DNA of 64,000 bases from Dudresnaya verticillata (taxonomy: Eukaryota). The position numbers were made by a program, and so were the translations under genes. The stretch covers positions 2,232,001 through 2,296,000 of the forward strand of contig OZ374562.1 of NCBI GenBank assembly GCA_977862235.1, given 5' to 3'. The notes beneath the pieces were generated by a model that saw only the letters and a program-made list of their open reading frames with translations, had not been told where the DNA came from and searched no databases. How positions within the stretch are numbered: the first letter of the stretch is position 1; the number at the start of each line of letters is the position of its first letter. This document shows, piece after piece, positions 1 through 11,656 of the stretch.

Positions 1-1006
1 AAGAAAAACCTTTGACACAACACAGGTAAGCCAGTTTTCTTCTTGAAGCAATTGGTAAACAGTAGTGCTGGACAGTGAAACCCAATCAAGCTCTAAAGTC
101 GCATCTGTGGCACACTAGTAAGCATTCTTCTCTTGCTTGAACCGGAACTGGGCCTCTTGCTTGGATTGTTGAGACTTTTAAGAGACCGTCCTCCACCTCA
201 ACTGTGTAATCTCAACGTGGCCAATGCCATCAACGGTGAGATTTTGTCCCTTTCGATGTCCCTTTCAAAAGGGCGCTACACCATGAGTCTCTAGCTACAA
301 CAAACACTGCACCCACGAATAGAAACCCCGCTTCTCCAACTGAAATTCAACCGGAAGCCGGTGTACGAGACTGTCACGGTCAGCCAACATCGCTCGGTGG
401 TGCGACCCAAGCAAACATAGGATCCTATCCAACACCTGTTCCGTTATATCCATCATCAGAAAGTGTCGTAGCAAAGGCCAGGGTCACGAGATCACAGAAC
501 CTAGATCGGATTCAAGTTTCACCTCTTGCTCTCACACAGGGCCTGTGACTTGCTTAATATGGAGACCCGCTCTCGCGTGGCGAGCCCGCAAGTGGGGTGT
601 CCCAGCAGCCAGCAAGCGTCGGGTTTGTCGTTTCGATAGCAGCGAATAGCAGTCGCTGCATGTCGCCATCGCCTGGCGCTCAAGCTTCGCTCTTTGCTTG
701 TTCACCGCACTGGCTTCATTGATGGTTTCCGTCGTATGTCTGCCGCGCGAGAAGGCGAGGCAATCAAGTGAGGAGTGCCCGGGGTATGGAGTTTGATCCC
801 GAAGACAAAATTGAACCCGGCCGGAAAATGATGAGATCCTCTATTTTCTGGCAATAAGGGGTGCGAATGTACTTCTTTCTTTTTATTTCCGTCAGTAAGG
901 AATTACGATGCTACGTGCGAATGTACGAAAATAGGGTGGTCCAAAAAGCTGGATCTAGTTATTAATATGAAATAATAAAGACAGAAATTACAGCAGACAG
1001 CAGAGG

Positions 1007-1080
1007 GCTTCTGTAGCTCAGTTGGTTAGAGCGCTAGCCTCACATGCTAGAGGTCTCGAGTTCGACCCTCGACAGAAGTA
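1007..1080 (+). tRNA. tRNA-Val (anticodon CAC)
   Basis: Folds into a full cloverleaf: acceptor GCTTCTG/CAGAAGT, D-arm GCTC/GAGC, anticodon stem CTAGC/GCTAG with loop CT-CAC-AT (CAC at 1041-1043), T-arm TCGAG/CTCGA with loop TTCGACC, discriminator A. No encoded CCA. Confidence 0.93.
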
Positions 1081-1092
1081 GTGCCTGTTCTA

Positions 1093-1108
1093 TTTTTTTT
1101 CTTTTTTT
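1093..1108 (+). terminator. RNA polymerase III oligo-dT terminator
   Basis: T8-C-T7 run starting 13 nt after the tRNA 3' end. Confidence 0.8.
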
Positions 1109-1357
1109 GAGCGTGCACCCTTCTCGCTTGACTTTCCCCTACTGAGTCCCGGACTCTGCCCTGCAGCAGGAGCTTGCCGGAGAAGTTGAGCTGCGGATAC
1201 GGAATGAGTTCAGCGCCGCTTTGTATTTAACTCTCCTTTTCTTCAACGTCGTCCGCATGTGCTAGAGACTCGAGAACACGATTCCAATCCGCACGCTGCA
1301 TACTTTTATGCCTTCGACGTAGTAAACCGCATGCCCCGTATTGAATACCTATAGCCG

Positions 1358-3922
1358 TTGCACGCCCTGCACCTTCCAATTCGAAGCCCTCTAGGGAGCT
1401 GGCAAGGTCTACTTCGACATGCCATGCAAACACATGCAAACACACCACACAGACCAGCAAACGCGAGGCGAGCCATCGACGTCGGTAACCTCGTACATCA
1501 ACTGTGCAAAACAAAACGTTTTTCCACATCCGACGGCTCTCCAAAAAGCCATGGTTGTCTGTGGGCAGGTCGCGCATCACCACTTCACTGCGTCCGTTCT
1601 CCCCGCGACATCCATCCACGACCACGACCACCGAAACCCTTCAGCCCCACTTTGCCGCCATTTTCGAGCCCCACTGTCTTCGTTTTTGCGCGCCTCTCTG
1701 GAACCTGTTGCAAACCATCTCAGCCGGTCATTTGGTCCCGGCGACCGCGATCCTACTTGCGTGAGCCCCCTGCCCGTCGCGCCCGCCCCTTCTCACAAAC
1801 CCCCCATTACACCAACGGCACCTACCCTTCCACAACCCTTCCCAACAACTTTGCCGCATCACTGCCCCCCCTCCCCCTCCCCCTCCCCATCTACCGCACC
1901 TTCGTCTCGATCTCTAACATTCGACAATACCGCACCATGAAGCCGTACTATCGCTCATTTGTGACCAACGTCAACACGTACCGCATCCCGACCTCCCAAG
2001 GCCCCCTCACCTCGGACTACCGTTCTGTTGCGAATGTGACTGGAACATCGAGCTCTGGAGCGCCGATCAAGACTAACCGCGCCGGGCCGAGCGAGGCCGG
2101 GCCGAGCAAGGTCGGGCCCAGCAAGGCTGCCGCCAACGGTGGCGCGTCTCCAGAATCCGGCACCGGCCGGCACAAGAAATCGTTCCAGCATGACCGCCCC
2201 ATCGCGGTTGCGGATCTAGACGGAGAGGGTAACATCGCGCTCGAGGAGCCTCAGACGAATCCCGACGCAGTGACGCTAGGCTCTTCCGAAGTGGGATTGT
2301 ACTGCAGTGACGGGTCTGGGGTCAAGAATGCTGACCGAGGCGATGACACGAGCATGTCCCCGAACCCCATCGCAGCCGAGCAGATGAACCAACACGAGGC
2401 TGAAACGCGGGGCCGTGCCAGCGTTTCCTGGAATCACACCGGAGTGGCGCCCATGAGGTTGTCCGGGGCCGCTGAAGTCTTCGACGTTCCACCTAGTGGC
2501 GCCCCGAAAGTAAGTGCGCCAAGAAGCCGTCACTCTGTCATAAGCCACGCTGGAGCGAGCACGCATGCCATCACATCTGCGTTGTCTCCCAACACTCCGA
2601 AAACCGGTCTAGCCGATCACGGCCGTTCTAGTGGGGCCGTGAATCCAGGTTGCATGAACCTCATGATTCCTCAGGAGGACCACGCCCTCATCTGCAAACT
2701 GCCGTCCGATCGAGCTGAAGTGCAGGAATCAATCAATGGTACGGCGGAAGCTAACCCCAAAAAAAGGAGGAAGGATGCTGCCCCTTCCCATCCCTCACTC
2801 CTTTCAGGGCCCTCACCTATAGACGCATTCATGGAAGCTTATATACGAATATCTGAAGAAGACGACAAGATCTGTGAGCCTTTCATGAAGAAGTCCGAGA
2901 ACCCATTTAATTTCAAGGTGTATGACTACTCGCAGCCGACGGGTACCGCGAAGGTGGCAGCAGTGATGGAATCACCTGTGACGGCCCAACCTTTTCAAGA
3001 CAATGCGAACGATGTATGCAATGGTAATCGTGCTGCGTCTTTGAACAGCCCAGCTGCTGCTCAGCGCAATCCCCTACCTCCACAACATGACTCCAAGCCA
3101 ATGGATACTGCGATGAACAAGAAACGGAGTTTTTCCAACAACCATGACCTCTCCACAGGAAGTTTCATAGACTGGCCCCTGCTTCCCCCCATTAAGAAGA
3201 GCCGCAAAACGGAAGACCAGCATACCTGTGGACAATGCCGTATGAAGGTTTTGGACGCTCACTCGCTCTATCAGCATATCCTTCACAGATGCGAAAAGGG
3301 CAGCGCGAAAGGTGCCTGCCACATGCCACCTGGAGGTGCCCGGAAAGCAAGAGTGGCGAGAAAGCGCTTCCGCGGCGCCAGCGTTGCCGGGGCGAGCACA
3401 CGTGCAATCGAATCTGGGGTATCAACCACGACTCCGGCCACGACTCCGGCCACGACTGCGACCACCTCTGTGACTTCGACCACGACCACGACCACGACTC
3501 TGACTACGACTCCGACCACGACCACGACCACGACTCTGACTACGACTCCGACCACGACCACGACCACGACTCTGACTACGACTCCGACCACGACCACGAC
3601 CACGACCACGAATCCGGCCACGACTGCGACCACCGCTGTGACTCCAACGGCGACCACGACTCCGACTACGATCCCGACCACAACCACGACTCCGAACACC
3701 ACTCCGAGTACCGACCGACCCAACCACGACCGTTCCAGCGTGGGAGTGAATCAAGGTTACAACAACCCCATGAGGCTCCAGGTGATCCTCCAGGACCCGG
3801 TGACAATCCGTTCCCGTATTGCGAAGAGTCATGTGGAGGACGACCAATACACCTGCAGACAATGCTATCAGACATTTACGGGCATTCGAGCGCTCTGCCA
3901 TCATCTACTTGAGGAGTGCTGA
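1358..3922 (+). CDS. Low-complexity protein with degenerate C2H2-type zinc fingers and a Thr-rich tract; possibly a pseudogene; start uncertain (in-frame ATGs at 1424 and 1937)
   Basis: 854-codon open frame with motifs HTCGQC..SLYQHILHRC and YTCRQC..ALCHHLLEEC. The same frame continues past a TGA and a TAA to 4231 with a third finger-like motif (CCHCKKLF..VKPHRC). Confidence 0.55.
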   Translation: MHALHLPIRSPLGSWQGLLRHAMQTHANTPHRPANARRAIDVGNLVHQLCKTKRFSTSDGSPKSHGCLWAGRASPLHCVRSPRDIHPRPRPPKPFSPTLPPFSSPTVFVFARLSGTCCKPSQPVIWSRRPRSYLREPPARRARPFSQTPHYTNGTYPSTTLPNNFAASLPPLPLPLPIYRTFVSISNIRQYRTMKPYYRSFVTNVNTYRIPTSQGPLTSDYRSVANVTGTSSSGAPIKTNRAGPSEAGPSKVGPSKAAANGGASPESGTGRHKKSFQHDRPIAVADLDGEGNIALEEPQTNPDAVTLGSSEVGLYCSDGSGVKNADRGDDTSMSPNPIAAEQMNQHEAETRGRASVSWNHTGVAPMRLSGAAEVFDVPPSGAPKVSAPRSRHSVISHAGASTHAITSALSPNTPKTGLADHGRSSGAVNPGCMNLMIPQEDHALICKLPSDRAEVQESINGTAEANPKKRRKDAAPSHPSLLSGPSPIDAFMEAYIRISEEDDKICEPFMKKSENPFNFKVYDYSQPTGTAKVAAVMESPVTAQPFQDNANDVCNGNRAASLNSPAAAQRNPLPPQHDSKPMDTAMNKKRSFSNNHDLSTGSFIDWPLLPPIKKSRKTEDQHTCGQCRMKVLDAHSLYQHILHRCEKGSAKGACHMPPGGARKARVARKRFRGASVAGASTRAIESGVSTTTPATTPATTATTSVTSTTTTTTTLTTTPTTTTTTTLTTTPTTTTTTTLTTTPTTTTTTTTNPATTATTAVTPTATTTPTTIPTTTTTPNTTPSTDRPNHDRSSVGVNQGYNNPMRLQVILQDPVTIRSRIAKSHVEDDQYTCRQCYQTFTGIRALCHHLLEEC
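3426..3712 (+). repeat. ACGACC/ACGACT-based coding minisatellite (poly-Thr) with a 36-bp higher-order unit
   Basis: Unit encoding TTTTTTTLTTTP occurs three times here and twice in the duplicate. Confidence 0.9.
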
Positions 3923-5814
3923 GTCAGGACCACACAGAATAACAACCAACGCACCATCTGGGCTGTCGATCATAACCCATTTTCTGAACTTCTCGTGCAC
4001 TTCGACGAAAAGTAAGGAACTGTAAGGTTGGGTATAGAAAAGTACCAAGACCCTGGAGTACTGCTGTGTTGTCATTGCAAGAAATTGTTCACTAGACTCG
4101 CGAACGTGAAGCCCCACCGCTGCTTCGCAGCTTCGGGGAAGTCCAGATACCGTATAGTAGGCAACGTCTTAGTAGACAACGTCTGTCAAGTGGCACGAAA
4201 TGAAAAGGAAATGTTGACTGTCATAGCCTGAATGATTCCTGTACAGTAGTAGAGTGTCCTGTTCGGAGCGTCTTTTGTTTATCAGCCTGCAGTGAAAGTT
4301 CCCATCTTGGATCGGCAAACCGTCTTCATGGTTGGTTGCTGTAACAGTTTCCCTGCCAGTTGGAATGATGAGTTGCTCCACAATCTCTCTACTGCCGCAG
4401 AAACATAAGTTGGCTAAAAACACTTCGAGTTTGTTGCTCCGTGGAGGGTATCCATAACAAACTTCCATTATCCATGGCGACGCTGTGTAGGTTTCGGTAT
4501 GCACGATGCGGTGAATTGTTCCCATCGGCACAGATCATCCGGAAGGTTCAATTAACCACACTATTTCCAGTAGATCAGGATGCGCCGCGCATGTTGCCAC
4601 TCTCCGTGTTCGAGAGCACAGACACTTTTGCGGCCTTTGGGTATCCAAGGACTTACGGATGCCAGCTTGAATTGGACATGGGTCAGCTGCTTGAAAGGTC
4701 AGAGAGTCTTCATGGCGGTGTTCCCCGACGTCACAACCACAATGCGACAGGCTTCGTACTGAGAGGCATAACGAGAGTAGGAAATGACCAAACCGCTCCT
4801 GCTGTCGTCCGGCTTCCCATTCCTTCCCCGACTCGCGCAAGAATTATCCCAATCCCTAACCGTAGCCTTCGCATCAAAAATGTTTTGAATTACGCAGCAG
4901 GCCAAGCCCTTTCGCTGAGAAGTTTGGGAGCGACGCAAGCTCTACAATGCTGTGCACTTCTCAGCGCCATCGTCCAACAACGTGTTCTTTAAACCACGTA
5001 CCAGAAGATTCGAAGACAAATTGAGAGCCACCTTGCCCGCACCGAACTGGCTCTAGTACTTCTTGTACGGGACATTCCGACAAGGTACTCTGCATTCTCA
5101 AGGTCACTAAGGAGTACGCTACCCAAGCTGCACCGCGTACTATGCCCCTCGCTGCACTCGGTACTTCATCACTGCCCCCAACGCTCCGACATCTCCGAGG
5201 ACCTCACGATGGAATGGCGTGCTGCCTATCCTACAGCTCGTCCAACACCTGTCTCACGCATGCCTTGCTTCGCCCCTACCCTATCCCTCCCCGACTACCG
5301 CGACCGACCCCCGGCAGTTCGCTGGCACTCGACACTAGCACCTCTACACTTTCCTCATTTCCCCACACAATGCCGCCAATCGCAACAATCTCCGGATCGA
5401 CGCAAAAACGCTCAACATACTTACTCCGTTCGGCAGCCACCATTGCCGGCTAGTTTCGCGCACCGCTAGTACCGCAGCAGTGCAAGCTGAACCACCGAAA
5501 CTAGCTCGCTTTCAGGGTCTTTTGGCTACTGAAGACATGACACTCTACCCTCTTCTTGTTTACTCATACCGAACCTTTGGTACTCGTGACCGGCGGGCGC
5601 TGCGATTTATCGGACGCCAGAGCGGCAAAATGTGCGATAACTGCCTAGCCCATTTCATTGAAGGTGCTTTGTTAGCACCCTCTTTGATACCAAGCTTTAG
5701 GATCCAGTACCCCTACCTGCATCTTCGGCACTGTCTTGCTCTTCAGATGCACTGAGGTCACTTCCGGGAAGCGGCGTCGCGTCTTTCTCGTCTACCTGCG
5801 CCGCAGAGTTGTGG

Positions 5815-6348
5815 TCAAAGTTCTTCTGCAGCGGCACGGTCTTCTGCAGCGGCATCGTCTCCTGCTCGCATAGCATCAATGCATCTTGATAATATGTCGC
5901 AAGGGCTTACACGAGCCCCATGACGCTCAATTCGCCGTGATACGAGTGCACAAGTCAATTGAAGTAAATCTGGCGTTGAGTTTGCTCCTTCTCTCCAACA
6001 GCGGAAGATGCGCCCTTCGAAAAACCGGAAGAAGCTGTCGATGATACTGCTCTTGTCCGGTGAGTCCGGGAGCCACATTTGCAGCTCGCGGCCAGCTTGA
6101 TCTGCGAAGAGGCGCATTTGGGTGGCAGTGACTGCTGCGGGGGTACGCGGGAAGTCACAGGACGATAGAATGTCTCGCACACTTTCAGCCATTCTGGGGA
6201 TGGATACGCCTTGCATGTTATCGTTGACTTGCGGTGCGGAAGGGGGATTGGCGCCGTTCTCGGGGGAGGCAGGATTCATGGTAGTGGTGGAGCCGGTGGG
6301 AGTTGTGTTGGGATGTGGACGGTAATCGGTGTGATCACTGTCCGACAT
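5815..6348 (-). CDS. Hypothetical protein (~177 aa)
   Basis: ATG at 6348 (MSDSDHTDY..), disordered N-terminus followed by a helical-looking region. No family recognised. Confidence 0.35.
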   Translation of the reverse strand: MSDSDHTDYRPHPNTTPTGSTTTMNPASPENGANPPSAPQVNDNMQGVSIPRMAESVRDILSSCDFPRTPAAVTATQMRLFADQAGRELQMWLPDSPDKSSIIDSFFRFFEGRIFRCWREGANSTPDLLQLTCALVSRRIERHGARVSPCDILSRCIDAMRAGDDAAAEDRAAAEEL

Positions 6349-7922
6349 GGTGCTGCAGCGGAGAGCCCCGAGGGGTTCCACGAGGGTAGGGCGTCAACGC
6401 GAAGAAGGGCTTTGGTGCTTGGATTAGATGGAGGCCCTGATGAGAGTTGTGCGGCGCGATGGTTTTTCGCCGGGCACACTCTAACTCCAAGTGCAGTCGA
6501 TGGGCACTGCGTTGGTTGCCCCCACTGCCCTGCAATCGGGAGCGAAGCCTGTTTATTAGCAGATCCGGTGCGTGTGACAGCGGGATTGCCCTTTCCCGCC
6601 TTCGCCGTGCGGTTGTGACTACGGCCGAAACAGCCACGGCCATGAAACTATTATGGGCCCTCCGTGACATTTTGACTCGTCAGGTTTGAAGACAGCAGTG
6701 ACACGTGGACTCGAACTGAACCGCGTCAACCAGAAACCATAAAAAACCGAAATTCTCGTCGAGGTAGTTTGCCGAGAAAATAGGCAATCAATGCGTCGAG
6801 GGAAAGACAAAAAGTACGCGCAGTGCACGCGCACCATGCGCTCTATTGTTCGGGCTATTTCGTGAGGCTCAGCTATTGTGAGATTTAGTCGAGACATCAA
6901 AGCAACAGCAGCGTCAGGGCTCTCAAACATCACGGCTTACACGCAGTATGCCCTCCAGAGCACAGTTCGGGAGGAGTGAGCCCGCACCAACGTTGGTCTT
7001 CGTGCTCGACTGCAATCAAAGACGCTAAACGAACGCAAGCATTATCCCTTAAGTAATTAGAACAGCCCCATAAGCCCGTTTATAATCGAATTACCTGTTG
7101 TGGATTCCGTTCCCAAAGGATATGTTTTAGAGAAGAATACATCTACTTTTTCTGTTATGTAGTCCAACGACTCCTCATACTTCACAGAGCACTTGAATTC
7201 ATCCTGCACTGTGTTGTTTACAGGTAAAATGTTCAGCCCTGCTCCTACGCACTTCTTCCAATTCGACAAAGCTTTGGCGTTCCTGTTCTACCAAACCTCT
7301 GTCTCCATCTGAATATTATATTGACATTCTTGTCCTTGTCCTAACAGGAAAGCTTCGCTATTTCGGTAACAGCTACCACAGAGGGGATATATGATAATAT
7401 GCAGGAGTTTCGAAAGAACTCAAAAGGAAGCAAGTCTGAACATGCTGTCCTCAAACTGCAATTTCCAGCATTCTCCAGCTCACCTCCCTCGCGGTGAATC
7501 GTACACGTCCAGTGTGTCCAGGCCTTCCAGTATTCATCAGTGGGTAAGTCATTAGGGTTTCCTGCAGTTCTTCTTGCTTCATTAAAGTTGTGATGATGGA
7601 CTGATAAGAGAGAAAGGCTCAATGTTGCTAATTTATCCTATTAGTTGGTGAGGAATGTGCTAAGTTTTGCCGTTAAGTGCGATGAGAATTCAAGCTGCTG
7701 TCATACATACTCGAAGAGGGTGACCGACGTCCGCCGACGATTGTCGCAAGTTTGGTACTTATAAACACTACCACGCCCCGCTGGTGTCGACCCATAGCCT
7801 ACTAACATTCCCTAGTACCTTCACCTATCGACCTCACGATTTCAAACTCCCAAAACACCATTACCAATCTACAAATAATCTTCCGAGACAGCCTCGAACT
7901 CGTGAGGAAAAGGAAAGATCCG

Positions 7923-8801
7923 ATGTTAATCAAGGGCAGGTGGCGCCTGGACAGAGTGTTAGGAGCTGGATCATTCGGTGTTGTGCGGCTTGCAGTTGAT
8001 ACCCACACCAGTGGTGAGGTCGCCGTTAAGCTGGAAGATAAAGCACCGGTACGGATGCAAACACTTTATGATGAGTACATTGTGTACCGAGCTCTACAAA
8101 AATATTCGCCAACAAGCGGATTCGCACAGATACTATACTACGGGCACTACAAGACGTTCACTGTTCTTGTTATGGAACGGTTGGGAAAGTCGCTTGAGCA
8201 CGCGAGGAAGCTTTGCCCAGGAGAGAAGATGTCTCTCAAGACCGTCCTAATGCTTGGAATTCAGCTGGTCACAAGGCTGGAAATCTTACATGAGAAAGGG
8301 TTTGTCCACTGTGACATTAAGCCCTCCAATTTGTTGCTGGGGAAACGAAATAGCGACCAAGTCTACCTTGCAGACTTTGGCCTTTCCAGGCGGTTTAGGC
8401 GGCCTGGTAGAAAGGATCACTATCCAGATAGAAAGACGTCCGGTGTTACCGGGACACTAATGTTTCTCTCCGTCAACTGCCATCACCGTCATCAGCCATC
8501 AAGGAGAGATGACTTGGAGTCGTTGGTATACACGTTTGTAAGTTTGTACACGGGATCTTTGCCATGGGACTGCCGTACACCAGCCGGAATGTCTTATGAA
8601 GAGTTCGCGTCCAGCACGAAAGAATTCATCCCTGGTGCAGAGCTTTTCAGAGGAATGCCTGTTGAGCTGCGAGAATTCCATGGATATGTCAGAACGCTGC
8701 GATATTCCCAACGCCCAAACTATTCTTATTTGAAAGCTCTTTTGAGAGACGCCTTGAAAAGCAATGGGTTTCAAGACGATAGTCGCTTCGAATGGTCGTG
8801 A
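7923..8801 (+). CDS. Casein kinase 1-like Ser/Thr kinase (kinase domain only, HCD variant)
   Basis: GAGSFG, VAVKLE, LVMERLGKSLE, HCDIKPSN, DFG, GTLMFLSVNCH (CK1 SIN-type motif in place of APE), SRRDDLESL. Intronless, TATAAA near 7761. ATG at 7923; the frame is open further upstream. Confidence 0.9.
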   Translation: MLIKGRWRLDRVLGAGSFGVVRLAVDTHTSGEVAVKLEDKAPVRMQTLYDEYIVYRALQKYSPTSGFAQILYYGHYKTFTVLVMERLGKSLEHARKLCPGEKMSLKTVLMLGIQLVTRLEILHEKGFVHCDIKPSNLLLGKRNSDQVYLADFGLSRRFRRPGRKDHYPDRKTSGVTGTLMFLSVNCHHRHQPSRRDDLESLVYTFVSLYTGSLPWDCRTPAGMSYEEFASSTKEFIPGAELFRGMPVELREFHGYVRTLRYSQRPNYSYLKALLRDALKSNGFQDDSRFEWS

Positions 8802-9420
8802 TTTCAAGTCGCATGCAGCGAGCTAAGGAGCTATGGAGCTTTAGCTTCAAAAGCGGTCAGTTATATAGAAATTCTCAACTCAGTCTTCTGTGAACTGTAC
8901 ATTCAGTTCGCCAAAGGAAAAATTGCTGCAAAGGTGTTCTATGCCAGGATTTTCTTAGAGAGAAGATTGTTTGAAGAGGGGTCTCGAAATGGGTTTCGAT
9001 CTGGTTTCTTTGTGTTGACTTGTAGCAAAACGGCGGGGGGCACTAATTAACAGTAGCTACGATAGAATCGGTATTTCAGTAAACTCAACAAATTCTGACA
9101 CATGCTGTATTATGGGAGAAGGAGAACTTTACGAGCGTATGGAGGGAGGCGAAGTCGCCCGTGTCGGAAATATGCATATGCATAATCAGCGCGGGTCATC
9201 AAGGGCCAGTGAATCCGATTTGTTGCACTGTCATCGTTCTTAGCTCAGAGTTGTAGAACAGTGGCATTTTATTACTCGAAACCTTCAAGGCATTTTTCAA
9301 GAGCATACTATGCACAGCAGTGCTCAAATGTTTAAGACCCAGAATCGCAAGTATATGGAAAAACGCTCATGTTGGTTGGCGTCAGAGCCCCCACAAAAGA
9401 CTATGCAGGGCATTAAAGAG

Positions 9421-9571
9421 ATTATACTCTCTTTAGTTCTCCAATGCGTCGCGGTGAGTGTCAACCGCCGCAAGCTTGCTCCTCCGCCTCTTTATGGTAG
9501 CTCTGAATCCTAAGCCCCCTTAAGGGGCTTCTCTCTTGTTCTTTAATAAAGGTCTCTCTCTCTCTCTCTCT
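9421..9571 (+). mobile_element. 5'-truncated 151-bp CRE-like non-LTR retrotransposon 3' end (element A)
   Basis: Encodes SLVLQCVAVSVNRR, homologous to SLVLQSVAVAVNRR at the C-terminus of element B ORF2. Has a 3' hairpin and AATAAAGG(TC)n tail. Flanked by TSD CATTAAAGAG at 9411-9420 and 9572-9581. Confidence 0.88.
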
Positions 9572-10723
9572 CATTAAAGAGTGAACAAAATATGTGGGAA
9601 TATATTGCAGGACGAGCTTCCTTGACCTGGAGTTTCCCTAGGAGACGCGGTGTCTGGACTCCTTCGGATTGAGTTAAAGCTTCATGCTCGAAACTGAACT
9701 TTCAAGAAGAATTCATTATGAACGTAGGCAAGGTCGTATTCATGATCCGCATTACTATTGGAGAGATAATCTGAGGCTGTCCGGACGAAGAGAGCGTTAC
9801 TGCTCGTACGTCTCAATAGGAATTCGACTTCGTTGATCTTGCTTTCAAGTTTGATTATTGTTTTATTCTAACGAAGCAATCTACGCTTGTTTGAATCGTT
9901 AGACAGAAGGGCGATGAGGAAAAGGCTTCCGAGGGCAACCGGGTGCACAGCGTGGGGCTAGGCAAGTATGCAAGCTAAGAACCAAGCTTTCTTGGCGCTC
10001 AGTGCAGAGCGCAGAACACTGAGCATTGCGAACGATGTGTTGTTGCGAACGATGTGCGCGTGAATATTACGTTATACCTGTGCGTTCGGGAACACTGGTT
10101 TACAAGTCGTCTTGAGTACGGGCACCGAGTGTAGAATGTTTCAATCCAGCGAAAAACAATCTTGAGTCTTGAAGCTTGCGGTCGGCAACGTCGAACGTTT
10201 AGCGACGCGGCGAAGCCCTGGTGAAATACTTTGTTCTTTGCGAACCTGCTCGACAGGGAGCGGCGGCTTCTTTGCCCTTGTGCAGCCCAAGCGGCATGCC
10301 ACCGGTGTCAACGAGGGCATGATACAGTACTACAGCGAAACCATCTTGTGAGTTTGTAGGGCTTCTTAGAAGACAATTGCTTTGCGGGCCAAACGAGCTG
10401 CCCAGGAAAGGTTACCAGTAACCTCTTTCCGCACAATCGTTGCACGATGGTTCATTTCCTTGCGCCTTCCCCGAACAAACAATCTTCAATCTTGCATGTG
10501 ACAAAATTGAAGTCTAAGACGCTATAGTTCATTGCACCTCGAAGACCTCGGCCATGGTTGGAGCAACAAAGGTTGCCGCCTACCATAGATCCATCAATCA
10601 TTTAAGCTCACCCAACCTCTTCTCCCGCCTCGCACAGGCTTTATTCAGTCCTTCCCAGCGTCACGACTTCCGCTGTTCCAGAACCCAAGCGTGGTTAAAC
10701 ACCTCCAACCTCAAAAAACAATC

Positions 10724-11656
10724 ATGCCGCATCCAGCCACCCCCCGTTTGCATGCCGCTGCCCCGCCCGTCTCGTGTCTGATCTACAACCGCTGGCGTCT
10801 GAAGAAGGAACAACCCCTCGGTGCTGGCTCGTTCGGAGAGGTTCGAATCGCAATGGATGTGCAGACTAATGAAGAAGTGGCCGTGAAGCTGGAGCGACAG
10901 ACAGACCAAACGTACACGTTGCCTGACGAGTATCGCGTGTACTGTGCACTACATTCCAAAATTCCAGAAAGCGGTTTCGCACGCACTCGTTACTATGGTT
11001 CGTATCGGCACTACCTGGTACTCGTCATGGATCGCCTTGGGCCATCGGTCGAGCGGGTCAGGGCATTGTATCGCCATGGCGCGATGCCGCTCAAAGATGT
11101 TCTAATGATTGGGCTTCAGCTTGTCACCCGACTCGAGTATCTGCACCACAGAGACTTTGTGCATCGCGATGTAAAGCCCGAAAACTTTCTGCTCGGCCTG
11201 ACTGATACGCATCGGGTGTACCTTGTGGATTTCGGCCTTTCAAAGAGGTTTCGCTGCCCACAGGAGAAGACATGTTACCCCGATAGACAGTCAAGGGGGT
11301 TCACTGGTACAGCTGCATATGCTTCTATCAACGCGCATCGTAGGCACCAGCCTTCGAGAAGAGATGATCTTGAATCTCTAGTGTACAGCCTCTTGTGCTT
11401 GTATCTTGGAGCTTTGCCATGGGACGGTGTGAGAGCAACGGAAGGGCCTATAGAGCGGGAAATCGGAAGGATGAAAGAAAACATGGCGACCAGAGAACTT
11501 TTTTCTGGAATGCCTGCACAGCTGGAAACGTTCTACAGCTACGTCAGGCGGCTGGGATACATGGAGCGCCCAAAGTACTCCTTTCTGAGGGATCTCTTAA
11601 TGGACGCTTTGGTGGGCTGTGGCCATAGGAATGACAGGCTCTTCTCGTGGGTCTGA
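10724..11656 (+). CDS. Casein kinase 1-like Ser/Thr kinase, second paralogue (kinase domain only)
   Basis: GAGSFG, VAVKLE, HRDVKPENFL, DFG, GTAAYASINAH, SRRDDLESL. Intronless. Confidence 0.92.
   Translation: MPHPATPRLHAAAPPVSCLIYNRWRLKKEQPLGAGSFGEVRIAMDVQTNEEVAVKLERQTDQTYTLPDEYRVYCALHSKIPESGFARTRYYGSYRHYLVLVMDRLGPSVERVRALYRHGAMPLKDVLMIGLQLVTRLEYLHHRDFVHRDVKPENFLLGLTDTHRVYLVDFGLSKRFRCPQEKTCYPDRQSRGFTGTAAYASINAHRRHQPSRRDDLESLVYSLLCLYLGALPWDGVRATEGPIEREIGRMKENMATRELFSGMPAQLETFYSYVRRLGYMERPKYSFLRDLLMDALVGCGHRNDRLFSWV

Larger units (their letters stand above)
1052..9768. repeat. Segmental duplication, copy 1 (~8.7 kb)
   Basis: Sequence and six-frame ORF set recur at offset +11341, and at +11305 after a 36-bp indel. 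The match starts at GGTCTCGAG inside the tRNA and ends at GGAGAGATA. Confidence 0.95.

Noticed and set aside
1..1000. Leading kilobase
   Set aside because: No ORF in the track, and no repeat or structure I can support.
1047..1072. Duplicated block as a minus-strand Helitron (A|TC start, T-arm hairpin then CTAG)
   Set aside because: Copy 2 stops short of the CTAG, there is no T after it, and no Rep/helicase is present.
3426..3712. 36-bp periodic repeat as a CRISPR array
   Set aside because: No unique spacers, no cas genes, eukaryotic context; it is a coding minisatellite.
3235..3912. His/Asp-rich (HDHDHD), Val-rich and Arg/Gly-rich ORFs
   Set aside because: Alternative-frame and antisense read-outs of the ACGACC minisatellite; the same applies at 14576-15217.
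4232..5760. Several 60-183 aa ORFs on both strands
   Set aside because: No recognisable motifs and mutually overlapping; cannot support a gene call.
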